Source: an uncultured Gammaproteobacteria bacterium
GTDB lineage: Bacteria; Pseudomonadota; Gammaproteobacteria; Ga0077536
DNA: 62,848 nucleotides
Reading direction: 5' to 3'
Assembly (NCBI GenBank): GCA_964642505.1
Contig: CAZXQY010000001.1
Coordinates: forward strand, 1-62,848
A model generated the notes under the pieces. The model saw only the letters and a list, made by a program, of their open reading frames with translations. It made no database searches and was not told where the DNA came from. The position numbers were made by a program, and so were the translations under genes. Each line of letters starts with the position of its first letter. Position 1 is the stretch's first letter. Positions 27,994-38,979 of the stretch are shown piece by piece.

Positions 27994-29070
27994 TTATTTC
28001 TCCATACCTGGCCCGTGCAGATGCACGGTAGACGTGGGAAAAGCAGCTTCAGCTTCATTTTGTTCTATAATTTCTAAAATCCTCAACATGATACGATGTT
28101 TGGTTTCGTGAAACTCAACCCAATCGACACTTTTTGTGTAAGCATAGATAAAAATATCAAGAGAAGACGGAGCAAAATTATTTAGGTTAACGATTATGGT
28201 TTGGTCCGAATCGACTTCTGGATGGTTTTTTAACATGTCGCGTAGCTGACTAGTAATATCCGAAACTTTCAAAGCATCTTCATAGCGAACTCCGATAGTC
28301 TGATATATGCGTCTGTTAGTCATTCTAGACGGATTTTTTACTACGATTTGAGTAAACAACGAATTGGGAATGTAAAGCGGCCTTTTGTCAAAAGCCCTTA
28401 TAATGGTCAAGCGCCAACCTATATTCTCGACCACTCCTTCAATTTCCCTATCGGGTGAGCTTACCCAATCTCCTATCGCAAAAGGTCTATCCAGGTGAAT
28501 CATCAATCCACCAAAGAAATTAGCTAGTAGATCTTTTGCCGCAAAACCAACCGCCAATCCACCAACCCCTCCAAACGCTAAAAGTCCCGAGACGCTATAA
28601 CCAAGCGATTGAGCTATAACTAACATTGCAGTGATGGCGACCGACAACCTTAATAGTCTTGCAACCGCGTGAACAGTCGTTTTATCTATCGGTTCTTTTT
28701 TAGCTAGCCGATCGACCAAATATTGTCTTTCTCCTAACTTTACGCATCGTACGACAAACCACGCTAAAATTGCGATCACACTAACATCTAGCACAGATTG
28801 AAAAAAAACAGAACTTCCGAGAGAAGGGTCGCCTGGTATAAAAGATACCGCTACCGAGGCACCTAAAACCCAGATCGCCGCCCTCAACGGACCCTTAGCG
28901 GCATCAATTAAAACATCATCCCAATAGGTTTTTGTTTTCTTAAGTTGGTGATACAAACGACGTAATAGTTTCCTTTGTAAATAATCGATTACGAGAGTGA
29001 AAAATATTACGGCAAAAACCTGATACACCCAAAAGTCTTCAAGAACCAAGGCGGACAACTTTTGAATCAT
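27994..29070 (-). CDS. small-conductance mechanosensitive channel (MscS family)
   Basis: 358 aa. N-terminal TM helices, a pore helix region (GGVGGLAVGFAAKDLLANFFGG) and IGDWV beta-domain. Confidence 0.88.
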   Translation of the reverse strand: MIQKLSALVLEDFWVYQVFAVIFFTLVIDYLQRKLLRRLYHQLKKTKTYWDDVLIDAAKGPLRAAIWVLGASVAVSFIPGDPSLGSSVFFQSVLDVSVIAILAWFVVRCVKLGERQYLVDRLAKKEPIDKTTVHAVARLLRLSVAITAMLVIAQSLGYSVSGLLAFGGVGGLAVGFAAKDLLANFFGGLMIHLDRPFAIGDWVSSPDREIEGVVENIGWRLTIIRAFDKRPLYIPNSLFTQIVVKNPSRMTNRRIYQTIGVRYEDALKVSDITSQLRDMLKNHPEVDSDQTIIVNLNNFAPSSLDIFIYAYTKSVDWVEFHETKHRIMLRILEIIEQNEAEAAFPTSTVHLHGPGMEK

Positions 29071-29118
29071 AGTATTTTCCCAGCCAACTACTTTCAGAAA
29101 TTGGGTCTTATATTAACA

Positions 29119-30174
29119 TTAAGTCCCGCCGATAGCTTTCAAATTAGCCTTGGCTCTAACCCAATTAGAATCGCGAGATAGGGATAGAGTTTCTCGGGAC
29201 GATTGTTTACTACGCATTTTTTCCAACCTATTGCTTCCCAGGGTTTCAGAGCTTCGTAGAATTTGAGAATCAAGGACCTGTTCTACCCCAGACCTATTAT
29301 TACACAGCAGTAAGCTGTCACAACCAGCTTCCAACGCTATACTAACCCTCTCTACGTATGAATCACTGACCGCCGCTCCCACCATATTTAAGTCATCGCT
29401 AAATATTACTCCATTGAACCCCATTTCTTGTCGGAGAATACGGCCCATCCAAATTTCTGAATAACCGGCTACTCTATCGTCTACCTCGGAATACAGCACG
29501 TGGGCCATCATAATCCCCGCGAGCCCTACCTTCATAATACTCCGGTAAGGTAAAATATCCTTAGACATTATCTTCGTTAACGGCCTATCGTCGACAGGTA
29601 AATCAAAATGGGAATCTTCAACTATTAATCCATGACCCGGGAAATGCTTAGCCACCGCAGACATACCGCATGAGTTTAATGTCTCAACATAAATGGATGC
29701 TAAAACTGAAACGATTTCTGGGTGAGAATGAAAGGCTCTGTTCCCAATTACACTACTTCTATGATCTTTTAGGTCCACCACAGGAGAGAAGCTAAAATCT
29801 ATACCTACGTCCAGGAGCTCACTAGCCATAACCCAGGCATGGTCACGAGCAAGACCTTTGCTCCATTCAGGATTTTTTTCATATTGATCACCAATCAAAG
29901 AAAGGGGTGGCAGCGTAGAAAACCCTTCTTTGAATCTTTGGACTGACCCTCCTTCTTGATCTACTCCTACCAGTAAAGACGGCGACCGGACCGCATGTAT
30001 TTGTCGCACCAAATCCCGCAGTTGATCACAATTTTCAAAGTTTCTACTAAATAAAATAATCCCTCCTACGAACGGATGGTTTACCAACTCTTTCTCTTCA
30101 GATGAAATCTCAAATCCGTCTAAATCAATAAACAAGCGACCACCCATTATTTTTGAACTCTCAATAGAAACCAC
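29119..30174 (-). CDS. nagZ: beta-N-acetylhexosaminidase NagZ (GH3, peptidoglycan recycling)
   Basis: 351 aa. Motifs VGGIILFSRN, VDQEGGSVQRF, KHFPGHG and VIFSDDLNM. Confidence 0.92.
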   Translation of the reverse strand: MVSIESSKIMGGRLFIDLDGFEISSEEKELVNHPFVGGIILFSRNFENCDQLRDLVRQIHAVRSPSLLVGVDQEGGSVQRFKEGFSTLPPLSLIGDQYEKNPEWSKGLARDHAWVMASELLDVGIDFSFSPVVDLKDHRSSVIGNRAFHSHPEIVSVLASIYVETLNSCGMSAVAKHFPGHGLIVEDSHFDLPVDDRPLTKIMSKDILPYRSIMKVGLAGIMMAHVLYSEVDDRVAGYSEIWMGRILRQEMGFNGVIFSDDLNMVGAAVSDSYVERVSIALEAGCDSLLLCNNRSGVEQVLDSQILRSSETLGSNRLEKMRSKQSSRETLSLSRDSNWVRAKANLKAIGGT

Positions 30175-30182
30175 CCGTCATA

Positions 30183-30671
30183 TTAATCTATTATTTGCAC
30201 TAGCGTACCGATTTCTACTAAGTCGAAAAGCTCGATAACATCTTTGTTGTTCATCCTGACGCACCCTGCTGATCCCGCTACACCAAGTGGAATAGAGTCT
30301 GGGCAACCGTGGATATAGATATACCTAGATTTAGTGTCGACTCGGCCACCTTTGTTAAACCCATCTTCCAAACCGGTCAGCCAAAGTATACGAGTTAAAA
30401 TCCAATCCCTATTAGGATTTTTCTGAGCCAATTCCTCTGAGTATAGTTCATCCGTAACCCTACGACCGACAAAAACAGTATTGACTGCCAGGCCATCTCC
30501 TATTTTTTCAATAACGGCATGGAGTCCTAGCGGAGTACAACCAGTATCAAGCTCTTGGCCCGGGCCATTAAACGCAGTAGAGACAGAATACTGGAAGTTC
30601 CCCGCAGATGTTTTACAATTAAGTAATTGTAACGAAAGGTCGATAATGATACTTGATTTTTCTCCCGACAT
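30183..30671 (-). CDS. YkuD-fold (L,D-transpeptidase catalytic domain) protein without signal peptide
   Basis: 162 aa with catalytic motif YIHG...GSAGCVRMNN. The N-terminus MSGEKSSIIIDLSLQLLN has no signal or TM character. It ends 8 nt upstream of nagZ. Confidence 0.75.
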   Translation of the reverse strand: MSGEKSSIIIDLSLQLLNCKTSAGNFQYSVSTAFNGPGQELDTGCTPLGLHAVIEKIGDGLAVNTVFVGRRVTDELYSEELAQKNPNRDWILTRILWLTGLEDGFNKGGRVDTKSRYIYIHGCPDSIPLGVAGSAGCVRMNNKDVIELFDLVEIGTLVQIID

Positions 30672-30716
30672 CTTAATTCTTCAATTTGATTAACGGCATT
30701 AGTCTAAACGATCTGC

Positions 30717-32051
30717 TCATCTTCCGAAAAAACCGATACACTCAAAGTGGGAAGTCTGCGGAAACATGTCAAGAACCCCTACTTCACTTAGTTTAAAGCC
30801 GTGCACCTGGGCCAATATCCCCGCATCTCGAGAAAAAGTGATCGGGTTGCAAGAGACGTAGAGTAGTCCCTCAATTTTTCGGAAATCCATATTTTCAAAC
30901 ACCGCTCTCGCGCCACTGCGAGGTGGGTCTAGCAATATTTTGTTCGCGTCGCTAATATCAACGGACTTCAATTCGGAGATATTCTCCAAATCAATGGATC
31001 TGAATGAACAGTTACTTAATTTATTTAGATCTGCGTTCATTTCAGCTCTGCGAACCATCCTTCCATCAATCTCAAAACCAATAACTTTCGCACCTCGAGC
31101 GGCCATTACTAGAGAGAAATTTCCTATACCACAATAAAGGTCTAGTATCTGATCTCCTCTCTCGGGGTGCAGACATTCTAATACTTTTTGTACCATAGCT
31201 TCATTTACTTTTGAATTAATCTGGGTGAAATCAGTCGGTGCGAAATTCATGACAACATCACCCAAATTGTAAGACAAAGATTTAGGTTTTTCTTCAATTG
31301 CAGATATTGTGTCTATCCCATCACTCTGAAGGTAAAACTCCAACTTGTGTTTACGTCCGAAGCGCTTCAAGACAGATAAGTCTTCCAAATTCATAGGAGC
31401 TAGATGTCTGATAATAATCGCCACCACGTCCTTGGTGATCGCTACTTCCAATTGTGGTATTTGGTTCGCAATACTTAACCCCTGTATAAGTATTCTGAGC
31501 TGCATTATTTTTTTTCCAACCCGCGGATCTAAAATCTCACACTCTGTCGAATCCGTAACGAAACCTTTAGATTTCTCCCTGAAACCCACAACCACACCGC
31601 TTTTTCCGTTTACCCACTTCACACCTAGGCGCGCTTTTTTTCTGTAGCCCCATTGCTCACTAACGATCGGGTGAAATATAATATTCGGTGTAATACCAGC
31701 CTGACGTTTAAGCATTTCCAGCAGAACATTTTGTTTATGAGATAGCTGAGCTTTCTCGTCCATATGTTGCAGACTACAACCTCCACAAACCCCGAAATGG
31801 CTACATCGAGCCACAACTCTCTTCTCGCTACTCACTAAAATTTGGACAGTTTCAGCCTCGTCAAACTTTGATCTTTTTTTTACAATTTTAGCTAATACCC
31901 GTTCACCTGGTAACGCACCATGAACAAAGACGGTCTTTCCGTTCCTTTTCCCAACACCGCGGCCTTCATGAGAGAGATCTAATATATCTAATTGGAAATA
32001 TCCACCTTTTTGAGGAACTTTACACTCAGAATATTTCAATTGGAATTCCAC
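30717..32051 (-). CDS. rlmD: 23S rRNA (uracil1939-C5)-methyltransferase RlmD
   Basis: 444 aa. TRAM N-domain, Fe-S cysteines CSHFGVCGGCSLQH, SAM motif DLYCGIGNFS and catalytic LLYVSCNP. Confidence 0.9.
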   Translation of the reverse strand: MEFQLKYSECKVPQKGGYFQLDILDLSHEGRGVGKRNGKTVFVHGALPGERVLAKIVKKRSKFDEAETVQILVSSEKRVVARCSHFGVCGGCSLQHMDEKAQLSHKQNVLLEMLKRQAGITPNIIFHPIVSEQWGYRKKARLGVKWVNGKSGVVVGFREKSKGFVTDSTECEILDPRVGKKIMQLRILIQGLSIANQIPQLEVAITKDVVAIIIRHLAPMNLEDLSVLKRFGRKHKLEFYLQSDGIDTISAIEEKPKSLSYNLGDVVMNFAPTDFTQINSKVNEAMVQKVLECLHPERGDQILDLYCGIGNFSLVMAARGAKVIGFEIDGRMVRRAEMNADLNKLSNCSFRSIDLENISELKSVDISDANKILLDPPRSGARAVFENMDFRKIEGLLYVSCNPITFSRDAGILAQVHGFKLSEVGVLDMFPQTSHFECIGFFGR

Positions 32052-32815
32052 TCTGTTAAAAACTCGTAAAAATGATTCTTCTCTGAGGTTTCTAAAAACG
32101 ATTTTGTTACACCGACTTCTTCTTCAAATCTATTTTGATCGATCCGACCTCTCATAAGTTCAAAACGCAAATACACCAGCCAGGTATTCAGAACATCTGT
32201 TTCACAATAATTCCGAATACCGGCTATATCTCCACTAGCATATCTACCATAAACATCAGATCCAGAAATCCCAGTCTTACCAGGAAAGGCCATCAAAGAA
32301 GCAATGTCGTCCAAAGAGGCAAAGGCTCGCGGCTGATACCCGGCGAGCACGTCCATCAAATCTAAGTGCCTCCGATGATAGCGAGACAAGTAGTTATCAA
32401 ATCGGAAAGATTTTTCTTCAGTCCCGTCTTCCCAATACCTAAAACAAACTACCTTATTCAACATCGCTCGGTAGTGCAGGACAGGAAGATCAAAACCACT
32501 ACCGTTCCAAGAAACTAGAGTCGGAGTATATTTATCCAACCCATCAAAGAACCTTTGAATAATATCGGACTCGGAGGACGCTTCCTCTCCCAGAGACCAA
32601 ACTAGGAATTTTTCGTGATTTCTGATCGCCACGGAAATAGCAACTACTTTTTGCAAATGATGCCGAATGAAATCGGAAGCACCTTTTGTTTCCTGACGTC
32701 TCTTGGTTAGCATTGCAAGAGCGACTTCCGAATCAGTCAAGTCACCAAAGTCCCAAATCTTTCGGGCACCCTGCGTATCAGGAATAGTCTCTATATCAAA
32801 TACTAGGACATTCAT
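32036..32815 (-). CDS. DEDDy 3'-5' exonuclease related to the PolB exonuclease domain
   Basis: 259 aa. ExoI VFDIETIPD, ExoII SWNGSGFDLPVL and ExoIII NYCETDVLNT. It overlaps the rlmD start by 16 nt. Confidence 0.7.
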   Translation of the reverse strand: MNVLVFDIETIPDTQGARKIWDFGDLTDSEVALAMLTKRRQETKGASDFIRHHLQKVVAISVAIRNHEKFLVWSLGEEASSESDIIQRFFDGLDKYTPTLVSWNGSGFDLPVLHYRAMLNKVVCFRYWEDGTEEKSFRFDNYLSRYHRRHLDLMDVLAGYQPRAFASLDDIASLMAFPGKTGISGSDVYGRYASGDIAGIRNYCETDVLNTWLVYLRFELMRGRIDQNRFEEEVGVTKSFLETSEKNHFYEFLTEWNSN

Positions 32816-32947
32816 AATTTCATTTTACTCGAATGGAAGCTCCCAGAGACAAGAGCTAAACTCTTGATTTTTGCTAGCATTGACCGGCGAATAAAAAAAC
32901 CACTTTAAACGTAACTACCAGCCACTTGGAAAATTTTACTTCTGAGC

Positions 32948-33532
32948 TCAGAAATGAAATCCAAGCAAAACAGCATGGAAATTAATACCTGGGTTATCGT
33001 CACCCAAACTCGCGTTTGACAGGTGCTGAAATCGATACGTTAATTCATACTTAGAATCCGGTCCGAATCGAAAGCCCAACCCGAAATGGCTACCAAACGC
33101 AAAAGGGATATCAAAATTTTCATCCCCTATCCCATCCTCTGTATGAAAATGGGCACCAAGACCAATCTCCGCAAAGGGAACGAACCCCGATACTTTCTTT
33201 TGAAACCTAAAAACCGGAGTTAGCCCAAAATCCACAAGAGAATCTGTGCTAGTTCTTCCGTTCTCACCATCCCAGTAGGAAATGGAAAACTCCAGATAAG
33301 TTACGCCCTCCCAATTCTCCGTTTGAACTAAAGGTTTGCCGAAATTAAAACGTAAAGAACCGCCTAACCTATCCGCCTCCGCATCTCCTTCCGCAGTTCC
33401 TCCCTCAAGAAAAACCGAATATTTCTTCACAGGATCCGAAATCTTGTGGGACTCAAACGCATAGGATTGCCCTGGTAAAGACACGACTACCAATCCGACT
33501 AGAACAGAAAGGAACTTGATTCTTGACATCAT
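32948..33532 (-). CDS. PagL-like outer-membrane lipid A deacylase / acyloxyacyl hydrolase
   Basis: 194 aa. Signal peptide ending SYAFE, a beta-barrel-like alternating pattern, the HLSN (H-x-S-N) catalytic motif and a C-terminal Phe. Confidence 0.6.
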   Translation of the reverse strand: MMSRIKFLSVLVGLVVVSLPGQSYAFESHKISDPVKKYSVFLEGGTAEGDAEADRLGGSLRFNFGKPLVQTENWEGVTYLEFSISYWDGENGRTSTDSLVDFGLTPVFRFQKKVSGFVPFAEIGLGAHFHTEDGIGDENFDIPFAFGSHFGLGFRFGPDSKYELTYRFQHLSNASLGDDNPGINFHAVLLGFHF

Positions 33533-33576
33533 CTTGCTCGCTCCACAGAGATTGAAGATTTAATTACCGTAAAGAA

Positions 33577-34083
33577 TTATGCATAAAGGTTCAAGTGACT
33601 CACACCTAACTTGACGCTTTTTAGTGCCAAGCTATAAATAAACGCATCTTCTCTTCCGCCTTCGGATGGATAATAATCTCTACGTCGTCCCACCTGTTTA
33701 AAACCAAGTCCTGTGTATAGATTGATTGCGGCGATATTGGACACTCGAACCTCCAGGTAAATCGATCCAGCTTTATTTGCATGAGCTTCTCTAATTTCGT
33801 TTTCTATCAAACGGGTCGCGCAGCCTGACCTTCTAAAATCGGGGCCAATGCAAATATTCAAAACATGAACTTCGTCCACAACATTAGCGACGATACAATA
33901 GCCCGCTACTCTAGCTTCTACTTCTACTACACGACATTTATAGCCTGCAGCTAAACAGTCTAAAAATATTCTATTGGACCAGGGAAATCTGTACGAAGAA
34001 CTCTCTATCAAAGCAACAGCAGATAGATCGACACCCCTAAGTTCTCTGATCATCATCCCTTCGGATTTCAATACAGCACTCAT
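33577..34083 (-). CDS. rimI: ribosomal-protein-alanine N-acetyltransferase RimI (GNAT)
   Basis: 168 aa. GNAT motif A (IGPDFRRSGCATRLI), LEVRVSN.AAI.LY..GF and a DYYP ending typical of RimI. Confidence 0.8.
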   Translation of the reverse strand: MSAVLKSEGMMIRELRGVDLSAVALIESSSYRFPWSNRIFLDCLAAGYKCRVVEVEARVAGYCIVANVVDEVHVLNICIGPDFRRSGCATRLIENEIREAHANKAGSIYLEVRVSNIAAINLYTGLGFKQVGRRRDYYPSEGGREDAFIYSLALKSVKLGVSHLNLYA

Positions 34084-34748
34084 TCTAAATGTTTCTCAAC
34101 CATTTTTTTAAATAACCTTAAGTCCAACCAACTCTTTGCCTTTTCCCGTGGTGATCTCAACAAATAAGCGGGATGATAAGTTACAATAATAGGCACAGAT
34201 GTAATACTATCATAGTGTACCCTGCCTCTCAGCTTGGCTAAAGATTCATTACAATTCAACAGGGTGTGCGCCGCTACCCTTCCTAGTACAAGTATCGCTT
34301 TTGGAGAAATAAGCTCAATTTGTTTTAGCAGGAAATTGAGGCAAAGATTAACTTCTAATTTTTCAGGGTTTCTATTATCGGGTGGTCTACACTTTACTAC
34401 GTTGGCGATATAGACTTCTTTAGGGTCCGTGCCACAAACCTCTAACATCTGATCAAGTAGGAGACCCGCCTTCCCGACAAACGGTACCCCTTGCTTGTCC
34501 TCCTCCGCTCCTGGAGCTTCTCCTACTATCAGAAGTTCAGCATCCCGAGAACCTTTTCCAAAAACGACACGACTCCTAGTTTCATGAAGAACGCACTGCC
34601 TACATATTTCAACCTCGGCTTCTATTTTTTTCCACGCATCGTTTTTCTTAATGGAACGATCACAATCGTCTACCGATACCCTTTTTTCCCGAAGTTCCCA
34701 CAGCCTAATTCCTATTTTTTTTAAAGTTTCTCTTTGATTCCGAGTCAA
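34080..34748 (-). CDS. uracil-DNA glycosylase, family 4
   Basis: 222 aa. Motifs [20 protein letters not shown] and HPAYLLR, with Cys residues (CRQC...C) for the Fe-S cluster. It overlaps the rimI start by 4 nt. Confidence 0.85.
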   Translation of the reverse strand: MTRNQRETLKKIGIRLWELREKRVSVDDCDRSIKKNDAWKKIEAEVEICRQCVLHETRSRVVFGKGSRDAELLIVGEAPGAEEDKQGVPFVGKAGLLLDQMLEVCGTDPKEVYIANVVKCRPPDNRNPEKLEVNLCLNFLLKQIELISPKAILVLGRVAAHTLLNCNESLAKLRGRVHYDSITSVPIIVTYHPAYLLRSPREKAKSWLDLRLFKKMVEKHLE

Positions 34749-34777
34749 AGCTAATCACCCGTTAAAAATTTTTTGCT

Positions 34778-35557
34778 TTACTCACGCACTTTCTTAATTA
34801 GGAAGTACCACAGCCGTTTTATCATTCCACTTAAAAGGTATCCCCAAAAACAAAACAATAAGACACTTGCTGGTTCAAGAGATATCAGGACGTAAACTAG
34901 GACGATAGACAAAATCGCCACGAAAGGAACCTTACCCTGCAGATCGAAGTCTTTAAAACTCAAGTAAGGAACTTCGCTGACCATTAGAAGTGCCGCGACG
35001 CCTACACTAACCGCACAAAACATGGACCAAGCAATAGATTCTTGAAGTTCAAAACCAACCCCTACCCAAACTGTTGCCGCCACTAGGGCGGCTCCAGCTG
35101 GACTCGGCAACCCTAGAAAGAATCGAGGATTATCATCTTCTCCGCTATTAGCGTTAAATCTAGCTAACCTCAGCGCGACCGAAGCAGCATAAACAAAAGA
35201 TATAAGCCAGCCTATCTTACCGAAATTGAAAAGTGTCCACTCATACATAATTAAAGCGGGCGCAAGACCGAAAGAAACCATGTCCGCCAAACTATCGTAT
35301 TGAGCACCAAAGTGACTTTGAGTATTAGTGAGCCGAGCGACCCTTCCATCTATTCCGTCAAACACCATAGCGATGAAAATAGCGACAGCAGCTACTTCGA
35401 AACGCCCATTGATAGCAGCAACGATTCCATAAAAACCAGAAAACAGAGCACTGGTAGTCAATAAATTCGGAAGTAAATAAATACCAGATCTGAGCCGTCG
35501 ATTATCTCGCCCTTTTTCTTCTCCCTCAGGACGTTTTCCGGAATGAGCCAATCTCAT
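34778..35557 (-). CDS. pssA: CDP-diacylglycerol--serine O-phosphatidyltransferase
   Basis: 259 aa. CDP-alcohol phosphatidyltransferase motif DGIDGRVARLTNTQSHFGAQYDSLAD and multiple TM helices. It follows ilvC, as in betaproteobacterial ilvIHC-pssA clusters. Confidence 0.88.
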   Translation of the reverse strand: MRLAHSGKRPEGEEKGRDNRRLRSGIYLLPNLLTTSALFSGFYGIVAAINGRFEVAAVAIFIAMVFDGIDGRVARLTNTQSHFGAQYDSLADMVSFGLAPALIMYEWTLFNFGKIGWLISFVYAASVALRLARFNANSGEDDNPRFFLGLPSPAGAALVAATVWVGVGFELQESIAWSMFCAVSVGVAALLMVSEVPYLSFKDFDLQGKVPFVAILSIVLVYVLISLEPASVLLFCFWGYLLSGMIKRLWYFLIKKVRE

Positions 35558-35596
35558 ACTAAGTTTTCCAATTTATAAACTAGTCTCGGGTTTTAA

Positions 35597-36661
<1,065 letters not shown>

Positions 36662-36671
36662 TCAAAACGTC

Positions 36672-37172
36672 CTACGCTTTGAGTACTTTGGTTCCTTTCA
36701 AAAGTCCCAGTGGACCAGATCTGGCCAATTCTAGCACGTGACGAACTCCAGCAGTGCTTATAAAATCATCCAGTTGGACACCACTTCCGGTCAATTCTAT
36801 CGTATAACTCGATTCCGTCGTGTCCACTATCTTAGCTCCGAAGATATCCGAAAGGCGTTTTAATTCTTCTCGTTCCTCGGGACCTAGAGCGCGCAGCTTT
36901 ATTAACATCAGTTCTTTTTCTATGTGAGAGCTATCGTGAAGGTCGATTAACTTAATCACGTCGATCAATTTATTTAGCTGCTTCGTGATTTGCTCGACGA
37001 TATCAGCAGATCCTATTGTGACCACCGTCATCCGAGATACGCTAGGATCTTCGGTCGGAGCAACGGATAATGATTCGATGTTGTAAGCCCTCGCAGAAAA
37101 GAGTCCCGCAACTCTTGACAATGCTCCCGACTCGTTTTCCAAAAGAACCGCAATGGTATGTTTCTCCTTCAT
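36672..37172 (-). CDS. ilvH: acetolactate synthase small (regulatory) subunit
   Basis: 166 aa. ACT domain N-terminus HTIAVLLENESGALSRVAGLFSARAYNIESLSV. It overlaps the ilvI stop by 4 nt. Confidence 0.93.
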   Translation of the reverse strand: MKEKHTIAVLLENESGALSRVAGLFSARAYNIESLSVAPTEDPSVSRMTVVTIGSADIVEQITKQLNKLIDVIKLIDLHDSSHIEKELMLIKLRALGPEEREELKRLSDIFGAKIVDTTESSYTIELTGSGVQLDDFISTAGVRHVLELARSGPLGLLKGTKVLKA

Positions 37173-38950
37173 GCTAGCTCGCGATCAGTAGGGGCTAAGT
37201 GCATTTCATGGTGCCCTTTCCCTGCCGCTATCATCGGATAAACATTTTCCGACGGATCGGTAATGAAATCTATAAATACCAGCCGATCATTTAAAGCGAA
37301 AGATTCTTTCATCACGGCATCAACATCTTTGGTTTTTTCAACTCTAAAACCAACGTGTCCAAAACTCTCAGCTAATTTTACAAAGTCAGGTAAAGCATCC
37401 ATATACGAATGTGAATATCTACGGTCGTAAAAAAACTCCTGCCATTGCCTAACCATACCCATATAGCGATTATTCAAATTGATTATTTTTAAGGGCAATC
37501 CATACTGAAGACACGTCGAGAGTTCTTGTATACACATCACAAAACTCGCCTCGCCGGTAACGCAAGCTACCGTAGCTTCAGGAAAAGCCATTTGAACACC
37601 CATTGCCGCTGGGAGTCCAAACCCCATAGTTCCCAGACCTCCCGAGTTTATCCACCTTCGTGGTTTATCAAAGGGATAAAACTGGGCTGCCCACATTTGA
37701 TGTTGCCCAACATCAGAGGTTATATAGGCATCTCCTTCCGTAACCCTAAACAGAGATTCAATTACGCCTTGGGGTTTGATCGCCTCTGACTTCGTGTCGT
37801 ATCTAAGACACTCCGTACGACGCCACTCATTAATTTGGCGCCACCACGGATGCTCTTCCAGAGAGAATTTGTTGAATTTTGAAGATTCTATGAGGGCATT
37901 CAATTCATTCAAAACATTAGACACGCACCCAACTATCGGAATATCTACCGCCACGTTTTTGGCAATGGAAGACGGATCAATGTCTATGTGAATTATTTTA
38001 GCGTCGGGACAGAACTTTTCCAGATCCCCAGTCACTCTATCGTCAAACCTAGCACCAATAGCTATTAGCACGTCGCACGCGTGCATAGCCATATTCGCTT
38101 CATAGGTGCCGTGCATTCCCAACATGCCAACAAACTGCTCGTCGGTACCAGGATAAGCCCCTAGACCCATCAGAGTATTAGTTATCGGGAAACCCAACGA
38201 TTTCACCAATTTGACTAATTGCTCCGAAGCGTCTGCCAAAATTACGCCTCCGCCCGAATAAATCATAGGCTTTTTCGCTTCCATGATCATCTCAGCTGCC
38301 CTTTTTATCTGTCCTGAGTGACCCTTAATATTAGGCTTGTAGGAACGCATTGATACCGTTTTCGGGTAAAGATACTCCGAGCTATCAGCAGTCACATCCT
38401 TGGGAATATCTACGACGACCGGCCCCGGACGGCCGCTGCTAGCAATATAAAACGCTTTTTTTATCGTGCCGGCTAAATCCGCGACGCTTTCTACCAGAAA
38501 ATTGTGTTTAACACAGGGCCTTGTAATTCCTATGCAATCGACTTCTTGGAAAGCATCGTTCCCGATAAGACTTGTCGATACTTGGCCAGTGAAGACGACG
38601 AGGGGTATAGAATCCATGTATGCTGTCGCAATTCCGGTAACTGTATTAGTTGCTCCTGGCCCCGAGGTAACCAATACAACACCGGGTTTCCCGCTAGCCC
38701 TAGCATAACCATCCGCAGCGTGTGTAGCGCCTTGCTCGTGCCGAACCAATACGTGTTTCACTTTATTTTGCTCGTAAAGAGCATCATAGATATGCAGAAC
38801 CGCCCCGCCCGGATAGCCGAAAACACACTCAACACCCTCATCCACCAAGGCTTGGACAAAAATCTCGGCCCCTCGAAGCACTTTCAACACCTCTTCCACA
38901 ACATTAAGTCTTTTACTCGAATAAAACAGATTATCAGCGAAAAACATCAA
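37169..38950 (-). CDS. ilvI: acetolactate synthase large subunit
   Basis: ThDP enzyme motifs VFGYPGGAVLHIYDAL, VTSGPGATN and GGLGTMGFGLPAAMG. Homology to E. coli IlvI (MEMLSGAE) suggests the true start at GTG/TTG 38881-38890, preceded by GAAGAGG. ATG 38950 is only the longest ORF. Confidence 0.93.
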   Translation of the reverse strand: MMFFADNLFYSSKRLNVVEEVLKVLRGAEIFVQALVDEGVECVFGYPGGAVLHIYDALYEQNKVKHVLVRHEQGATHAADGYARASGKPGVVLVTSGPGATNTVTGIATAYMDSIPLVVFTGQVSTSLIGNDAFQEVDCIGITRPCVKHNFLVESVADLAGTIKKAFYIASSGRPGPVVVDIPKDVTADSSEYLYPKTVSMRSYKPNIKGHSGQIKRAAEMIMEAKKPMIYSGGGVILADASEQLVKLVKSLGFPITNTLMGLGAYPGTDEQFVGMLGMHGTYEANMAMHACDVLIAIGARFDDRVTGDLEKFCPDAKIIHIDIDPSSIAKNVAVDIPIVGCVSNVLNELNALIESSKFNKFSLEEHPWWRQINEWRRTECLRYDTKSEAIKPQGVIESLFRVTEGDAYITSDVGQHQMWAAQFYPFDKPRRWINSGGLGTMGFGLPAAMGVQMAFPEATVACVTGEASFVMCIQELSTCLQYGLPLKIINLNNRYMGMVRQWQEFFYDRRYSHSYMDALPDFVKLAESFGHVGFRVEKTKDVDAVMKESFALNDRLVFIDFITDPSENVYPMIAAGKGHHEMHLAPTDRELA

Positions 38951-38979
38951 ATTATACCACCTTTAGGCCGTTCTCTGAA
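38951..38979 (-). promoter_or_regulatory. candidate sigma-70 promoter for ilvIHC
   Basis: The minus strand reads TTCAGA-17 nt-TATAAT directly upstream of the long-ORF ATG. This is a motif match only, and it is consistent only if ilvI starts at 38881-38890. Confidence 0.3.

Noticed and set aside
32850-32872. A terminator-like hairpin on the plus strand, CAAGAG ctaaa CTCTTG followed by ATTTTT.
   Set aside because: Both flanking genes are on the minus strand, where the hairpin has no U-run. The stem is only 6 bp, and there is no evidence of a plus-strand transcript to terminate.
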